From the IMG/VR virus record IMGVR_UViG_3300023116_006877: a stretch of DNA of 20,000 nt; one strand, 5' to 3'. Shown here piece after piece: positions 15,022-20,000 of the stretch. The position numbers and the translations under genes were made by a program. Numbering within the stretch: the first letter of the stretch is position 1; each line of letters starts with the position of its first letter. A model generated the notes under the pieces. It saw only the letters and a program-made list of their open reading frames with translations. It had not been told where the DNA came from and made no database searches. This DNA comes from an uncultured virus (IMG/VR IMGVR_UViG_3300023116_006877) (Duplodnaviria > Heunggongvirae > Uroviricota > Caudoviricetes).

Positions 15022-15688
15022 TTCTATTAATAGTAACAAACTTTATTATTTTGTCAATTGATTCTTGTGCAATCATGTATACCGGAGTCAAACATTTTTC
15101 ATCCTTGACATAAAAATATCCTTCGGAATAATCACTGTCGCCCATTAACCACATTTTGAGATGTTTACCGGAAACATACGTGTTGTCTTTGCTTCTAAAA
15201 AGATAAGATGCCAGTTGTTCTCTTTTTGTTTTACTCATATTGAGATGAGCAAATTTTTTTAAATGAACTTGATATTGATATTTTTTATGTGGTAATCTAG
15301 TACACAGTATAGTATTTTTATCTACTTGATCGAGATATTTTTTATCTACGGATTTTATATCGAACCAATGATCCCAAAATTCTAATATTAGATCTCTAAT
15401 AACAGACGAAGAACCATAGAAATAAGACACAGATGTTTGTAGTCTAAATTTAATATTGTTCCTATTTGTGAGAATAAAACTTGCCAATCTACGCAAATGT
15501 TCTTTTTGTTTTTTATCTATCATGATGTTCCTGTATAGATAACTTTTTTCAGAAAAAACAAAAGGATCCGTAACAATTTTTCTTAGATGTTCGTCTGTGG
15601 TAGGATACATCCATCCGGCGAACGGTGTTTTAAACGACGCTTTGTGAGTATACTTGTTGAAAAATAATTTATTTGGATGTTTTCGCAT
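14993..15688 (-). CDS. Hypothetical basic protein with apparent internal duplication
   Basis: 231-aa ORF overlapping the clpA end. KY...LAS[FY]...YFY occurs twice. Confidence 0.75.
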   Translation of the reverse strand: MRKHPNKLFFNKYTHKASFKTPFAGWMYPTTDEHLRKIVTDPFVFSEKSYLYRNIMIDKKQKEHLRRLASFILTNRNNIKFRLQTSVSYFYGSSSVIRDLILEFWDHWFDIKSVDKKYLDQVDKNTILCTRLPHKKYQYQVHLKKFAHLNMSKTKREQLASYLFRSKDNTYVSGKHLKMWLMGDSDYSEGYFYVKDEKCLTPVYMIAQESIDKIIKFVTINRNDRNNTKTN

Positions 15689-17984
15689 CTTCAGTTTTAG
15701 GTTTAAATTGCGATAACACTTCTACTGCTTTGAAATTTATTTCAAGTTTTGGAATCATGTCTTCAGAAAGTGTCACTTCAACTCTACCGCCCTTCGATAA
15801 ATCTCCAAACAATATCATTTTAGACAAAGGTTTTTTAATCTCATTGTCGATGATTCTCTGTAAAGGTCTCGCCCCCAACTTGTCATTAAACCCTTTTTTA
15901 ATTAGGTATTCTATTGCTTCCGGTGTGGCATTTACTTCCACATTCTTTTCAATAGTCATACTGTTCAATTCCAACAAGAACTTGTTGACAATTTTGGTCA
16001 TCACTTCTTTTGGAAGTTTTTTAAATTTAACAATAGCATCTAATCTATTTCTAAATTCAGGAGCAAAGAATTTTTTAGTTTCGTCTTCGTCGGCAGTTTT
16101 TTCAACTTCGCCAAAACCTATACTTGCTTTTTCCATTTCTTCAGCACCAAGGTTTGAGGTCAGGATTAGTATAATGTTTCTAGCATCTGCTTTCTTACCG
16201 TTGGATCCTGTAACAGTACCGTAATCCATGACTTGTAACAACATATTTGATACATCTCTATGTGCTTTTTCTATCTCGTCAAATAGGACCACTGCGTGTG
16301 GATTTTTTTCAATCTCATTGATCAGTATTCCTCCACCCATATTAGAGTCTTCGTAACCCACATATCCAGGAGGAGAACCAATCAATTTAGATATAGAATG
16401 TTTCTCTTGATATTCCGACATGTCGAATCTAATCAATTCGGTACCAAGTGTTTTTGCCAGTTGTCTCGCGGTCTCTGTTTTACCACATCCTGTGGGGCCT
16501 AAGAATAAAAAAGAACCAACAGGTTTGTTCAAAGATTTTAAACCTGCCCTTGATACTAATATTTTATCTATCACCGTGTTCAATGCATCGTCTTGCCCAA
16601 ACACTTGTAATTTCATTTTTTCTTCGAGTGTTTTCAAGTTAACCGCTTGTTTTTGCGATAGTTGTTCGATGCTGATACCAGTTTGTTTACTAATTTCGTG
16701 TATAATTTCATCATGATCGATCTTGCCATCTTTTATTCCATTCAGTCTCAATCTAGCACAGGCAGAATCTATTATATCTATTGCCTTGTCTGGCAATTTT
16801 TTATCGGCAACAAATTTTTGTGTGTATTCCACAGCATCCTCACAGGCCTCATCTGTGATAATGCATCCGTGATGCTGTTCGTAATATGTTTTGATGCCTT
16901 TTAAAATCTTAACGCAAGTTTCATTTGTAGGTTCTCCAACTTGGATCCGTTGGAACCTTCTCATCAATGCTCTATCCTTTTCGAAGAATTTTCTATATTC
17001 TTCCCAAGTGGTAGAAGCAATCACTTTAATGTTGCCTTTGGTAAGAACAGGTTTCATCATGTTTGCTAGATCCATTCCTCCTTGTCCTGTTGTGCCGGCA
17101 CCCACCATCATGTGTGCTTCATCAACGAATAAGATTGTTTTGCCTTTTTGATCTAGTGCATTTAATACCAGTTTAAGTCTTTCTTCAAAATCACCTCGGA
17201 ACTTAGAACCCGCCAACATTGAAGACACATCCAAACTGAACACAATATGATCTTTTAGATATTCTGGCACATCTGCTTTGTTCTTTGCGATTCTTCTAGC
17301 CAAACCTTCCACGATGGCAGTCTTACCCACTCCTGGATCGCCCACTATAAGCACATTGTTTTTATTCCTTCTTGCAAGTATCTGTTTTAGTGATTCTAAT
17401 TCTTCTTCTCTGCCGATAACAGGATCTATTTTTTTCTCAAAGTATTTTTGGTTTAGATTCTCACAATAGTTTTTTAAAACCTTGTCTGCTTGATTTGGTC
17501 TCAATCTTTGTTCTGGCCCACCCGATCCTATGGATGCCTCGTCTAATATATTTTCTGCAGAAATCAAGTCAGCAAGATCTTCTTTGTTGACTTTGTGAGT
17601 TTTTAAGAAATATGCACCATAACTTTTTTTCTCCGAAAAAATACTCAATAATACATCTATAGAAGTAACTGTTTGTCTTCCTTGGAATAAAGCCTGTGTG
17701 AATGCTCTGTTCATTAGTCTCTCAAGTGATGCAGTTTTTCTAGGTTGTACGGGAGTTGGTGATTTTGTTATGATATCATTACATTTGGTATCGAGATAAT
17801 TTTCTATATCTCTAATCAAACCAGCAACATTTATTTTGAAATCGTGTAGTACTGTACCAACTTCTTTGTCAGTTACCAATGCCAATAATAAGTGTTCTAT
17901 AGTAACGTACTCGTGTTTTCTTTTTTCTGCTTCTGCTACTGAACGTTCAAATATATCTTCTAGCGAATCGTTTGCGTCTAACAT
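15669..17984 (-). CDS. clpA: ATP-dependent Clp protease ATPase subunit ClpA
   Basis: Clp N-domain (HEYVTIEHLLLAL), NBD1 GDPGVGKT and LFVDE, NBD2 GPTGCGKT and LFDEIEKAH, ClpP-docking IGF loop (ASIGFG). No long ClpB middle domain. 771 aa. Confidence 0.93.
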   Translation of the reverse strand: MLDANDSLEDIFERSVAEAEKRKHEYVTIEHLLLALVTDKEVGTVLHDFKINVAGLIRDIENYLDTKCNDIITKSPTPVQPRKTASLERLMNRAFTQALFQGRQTVTSIDVLLSIFSEKKSYGAYFLKTHKVNKEDLADLISAENILDEASIGSGGPEQRLRPNQADKVLKNYCENLNQKYFEKKIDPVIGREEELESLKQILARRNKNNVLIVGDPGVGKTAIVEGLARRIAKNKADVPEYLKDHIVFSLDVSSMLAGSKFRGDFEERLKLVLNALDQKGKTILFVDEAHMMVGAGTTGQGGMDLANMMKPVLTKGNIKVIASTTWEEYRKFFEKDRALMRRFQRIQVGEPTNETCVKILKGIKTYYEQHHGCIITDEACEDAVEYTQKFVADKKLPDKAIDIIDSACARLRLNGIKDGKIDHDEIIHEISKQTGISIEQLSQKQAVNLKTLEEKMKLQVFGQDDALNTVIDKILVSRAGLKSLNKPVGSFLFLGPTGCGKTETARQLAKTLGTELIRFDMSEYQEKHSISKLIGSPPGYVGYEDSNMGGGILINEIEKNPHAVVLFDEIEKAHRDVSNMLLQVMDYGTVTGSNGKKADARNIILILTSNLGAEEMEKASIGFGEVEKTADEDETKKFFAPEFRNRLDAIVKFKKLPKEVMTKIVNKFLLELNSMTIEKNVEVNATPEAIEYLIKKGFNDKLGARPLQRIIDNEIKKPLSKMILFGDLSKGGRVEVTLSEDMIPKLEINFKAVEVLSQFKPKTEDAKTSK

Positions 17985-18463
17985 TATGTATTATTCTCCT
18001 CTGCTACTTGGTTAAATGTAATTCCGTTAAGATGATCTAACTCGTGTTGGAAGCATCTGGCCTCTAACCCTGATAATTCTGCCCCTTGCATCTCACCTTT
18101 CATATTTTGCCATTCCACTTCAATTTGTTTTGGTCTGTATACATTATAATACACACCCGGAAAACTTAAACATCCTTCTTCACCTATTTCTACTTCTTCG
18201 GACGCTTTTATAAGCCTTGCATTATACAGTATAGCAGGTTTTTTAAATTCGTCAAATGATGAATGTCCCATTCCAAAAAATCTTTGAGTCACTCCCACTT
18301 GATTTGCCGCTAACCCAATTCCATTTGATCTTACCATAATATTTAAGTAGTCTTTTTCAAATTGCGACCAATCGTTATATCCCATAGGTGGCATGAAAAA
18401 GTTCACAGATGAACTCATTTGGTATAATGTTGGATATGGATTTGTATAGACTTGTATATTCAT
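17984..18463 (-). CDS. def: Peptide deformylase
   Basis: All three motifs present: GIGLAANQ, EGCLS, QHELDHLNG. Confidence 0.95.
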   Translation of the reverse strand: MNIQVYTNPYPTLYQMSSSVNFFMPPMGYNDWSQFEKDYLNIMVRSNGIGLAANQVGVTQRFFGMGHSSFDEFKKPAILYNARLIKASEEVEIGEEGCLSFPGVYYNVYRPKQIEVEWQNMKGEMQGAELSGLEARCFQHELDHLNGITFNQVAEENNT

Positions 18464-18464
18464 T

Positions 18465-19322
18465 TTATAAATTCTCTATTTTTTTCAATTCTTCTTTTGA
18501 CAATTTTGGTATTGTTATACTGATTCTGATATAAACATTACCCTTTATATTTAATCCTTCATGCACCGGCATTCCAAGACCTTTTAATTGTAATACAGAC
18601 CCTGGTTGTGTTCCGGCCGGAACTTTGACTCTTTTAATAGAGTCGTCTAGTAAACGTATGTTAAAATCACAACCTCGTATGGCGTCAAATGCTCCTATAT
18701 TTTTATCTGTCCATAAATCATTTCCTTCACGTGTGAATCCATCCGAATCTAAAATAGATACAGTGACCAACAGATCGCCCCGTGGAAGATGTTTATCTGT
18801 GTCATCGCCCATTCCTCTGTATTTAAAAGTCACTCCATTTTGGCAACCTGCAGGTATTTTTATGTTTATGATCTCGTCTCTACCCGATGGTAATCTTACG
18901 CTGATTGTTTTATCTGTTGCTCGGAACACCTCTTTGATACTGAGAGTTAATCTTATATTGACATTTTTATTTTGTCTAGGTTGATTCCTATAAACTCTGG
19001 TACTACTTCTGTGGCTTCCTGGGTTCATTCCAAATCCTGAAAAAAATTCCTGGAATATGTTTTCGTCAAACATATCGTTTATATTGAAATTAAAACCTTC
19101 TCCAGAACCAAAAGATCGTTGCCCATATTTTCTCAAAGCATCATATTCTTGACGTTTTTGAGTATTTTTTAATGTATCGTAGGCTTCGTTGATTTCTTTA
19201 AATTTTGTTTCATCGCCACCTTTGTCTGGATGATATTTTGCGGCAAGTTTTCTAAATGCCTGTTTGATTTCGTTGTCAGATGCTGTTTCATTCACACCTA
19301 AGGTGTCGTAATAATTCTTCAT
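18465..19322 (-). CDS. dnaJ: DnaJ-class B / CbpA-like co-chaperone (no zinc finger)
   Basis: J-domain with HPD (KYHPDKGG), G/F-rich linker, two C-terminal substrate-binding domains, no CxxCxGxG. Confidence 0.92.
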   Translation of the reverse strand: MKNYYDTLGVNETASDNEIKQAFRKLAAKYHPDKGGDETKFKEINEAYDTLKNTQKRQEYDALRKYGQRSFGSGEGFNFNINDMFDENIFQEFFSGFGMNPGSHRSSTRVYRNQPRQNKNVNIRLTLSIKEVFRATDKTISVRLPSGRDEIINIKIPAGCQNGVTFKYRGMGDDTDKHLPRGDLLVTVSILDSDGFTREGNDLWTDKNIGAFDAIRGCDFNIRLLDDSIKRVKVPAGTQPGSVLQLKGLGMPVHEGLNIKGNVYIRISITIPKLSKEELKKIENL

Positions 19323-19329
19323 TACTATT

Positions 19330-19357
19330 ATTTTATACTAGATCTTGCGTTTGTCAA
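19330..19357 (-). promoter_or_regulatory. Sigma70-type promoter TTGACA-16-TAAAAT for dnaJ-def-clpA
   Basis: -35 at 19357-19352, -10 at 19335-19330, ATG 7 nt downstream, no SD. Confidence 0.65.
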
Positions 19358-19368
19358 CGCAGTGGTAA

Positions 19369-19704
19369 TTATTTGCCTTTTGCTCTAGAACCGGTATATA
19401 AACCAAACCAAGCCGCACCTGCACCTACAACGATACTGACCAAACCCGATTGTTCCATGGTAGGATTTGGCATTTCCATATACCAAATTACCACTTTGTA
19501 TAATAGGTAGATGTAAGTTGTAATGAATATTCTTGGAAAAATTCTCCAAGCATCAACGGCTCTTGCCAAATGAATGACCCAGGCAAAAGGATTTGGTCCT
19601 AGATCTTTAACTGATGTATCCACTTCCAATTCCACAGAAACTTTTTTTGTTGCTGTGTCTTTGTCAGCAGGTACAACTATTTTGTCTATTTTTTTGTCTT
19701 CCAT
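19369..19704 (-). CDS. Two-TM membrane protein (holin-like topology possible)
   Basis: WRIFPRIFITTYIYLLYKVVIWY and GLVSIVVGAGAAWFGLY hydrophobic helices, basic C-terminus. Confidence 0.7.
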   Translation of the reverse strand: MEDKKIDKIVVPADKDTATKKVSVELEVDTSVKDLGPNPFAWVIHLARAVDAWRIFPRIFITTYIYLLYKVVIWYMEMPNPTMEQSGLVSIVVGAGAAWFGLYTGSRAKGK

Positions 19705-19706
19705 GA

Positions 19707-19817
19707 TTATTTTTTAAACCATTTCATGGGATTAAGTTTTTCACCTAAATTTTCCACTTTCTCATTGACCCACCATCCTGCGATGAAGCCAACTATAAAT
19801 CCTATTGTTAAAAACAT
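19707..19817 (-). CDS. 36-aa single-TM protein MFLTIGFIVGFIAGWWVNEKVENLGEKLNPMKWFKK (not in ORF track)
   Basis: Manual translation, with an AGGAG SD just upstream. Confidence 0.7.
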   Translation of the reverse strand: MFLTIGFIVGFIAGWWVNEKVENLGEKLNPMKWFKK

Positions 19818-19830
19818 ATTAGTCTCCTAT

Positions 19831-20000
19831 TTAATTTCTACTTCCACCAATGTAACCACCAATAACACCAATAAGTCCTGTGACTGACATTTTCATTAAT
19901 GTAATTACGCTTTCATCTACTGGTCTGTTTTCTTCTAGTGCTACCACATAGTCACCAATGATGATAACTCCAAGTAACACTAATACACCAGATGTTATTA
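19831..20000 (-). CDS. 3' part of a membrane protein entering from the right edge (...GVLVLLGVIIIGDY...GLIGVIGGYIGGSRN)
   Basis: Open frame of 56 codons to TAA at 19831-19833, two hydrophobic segments. Confidence 0.7.
   Translation of the reverse strand, partial: ITSGVLVLLGVIIIGDYVVALEENRPVDESVITLMKMSVTGLIGVIGGYIGGSRN

Noticed and set aside
15669..17984. ClpB or a cellular origin for the chaperone genes
   Set aside because: The IGF loop is present and the ClpB middle domain is absent. The context (PolB, late promoters, dense hypotheticals) is phage-like.
356..19510. All plus-strand ORFs in the track (e.g. 356-739, 7230-7775, 15673-16224)
   Set aside because: They are antisense shadows of well-supported minus-strand genes and have no recognisable motifs.
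1..20000. Alternative genetic code (stop-codon recoding) as seen in some large phages
   Set aside because: Polymerase, ClpA, DnaJ, PDF and Dps are full-length under code 11, and TAA, TAG and TGA all end genes.
1..20000. CRISPR array, tRNA/rRNA genes, transposases
   Set aside because: Intergenic gaps are under about 50 nt once small ORFs are added, and no repeat-spacer pattern or such motifs were seen.

Overview
AT-rich (roughly one-third GC by eye), gene-dense fragment of a large tailed dsDNA phage with T4-like transcription signals. All supportable genes are on the minus strand. In transcription order (right to left): small membrane proteins; a coupled proteostasis cluster (DnaJ/CbpA-like, peptide deformylase, ClpA); hypothetical and structural genes; a long late region (about 4.7-13.3 kb); then a flavodoxin/FMN reductase, a 2OG-Fe(II)-like protein, a T4 DsbA-like DNA-binding protein and a family B DNA polymerase. 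The late region is rich in proteins that share an N-terminal M-[K/R]-I-x-E motif reminiscent of T4 capsid-targeting leaders. Several end in short, very basic two-cysteine modules. They are interleaved with a nucleotidyltransferase-HAD fusion, Dps, a SpeD-like decarboxylase, a SutA-like peptide and a Cys/His-rich metallothionein-like peptide. Ten genes have a TAAATA-type late-promoter box (one TAAGTA) only 5-9 nt before the ATG with no Shine-Dalgarno, implying leaderless late mRNAs. Several small ORFs missing from the ORF track were found by manual translation. No tRNA, rRNA, CRISPR array or mobile element was seen. Family assignments come from motif recognition, not database searches.
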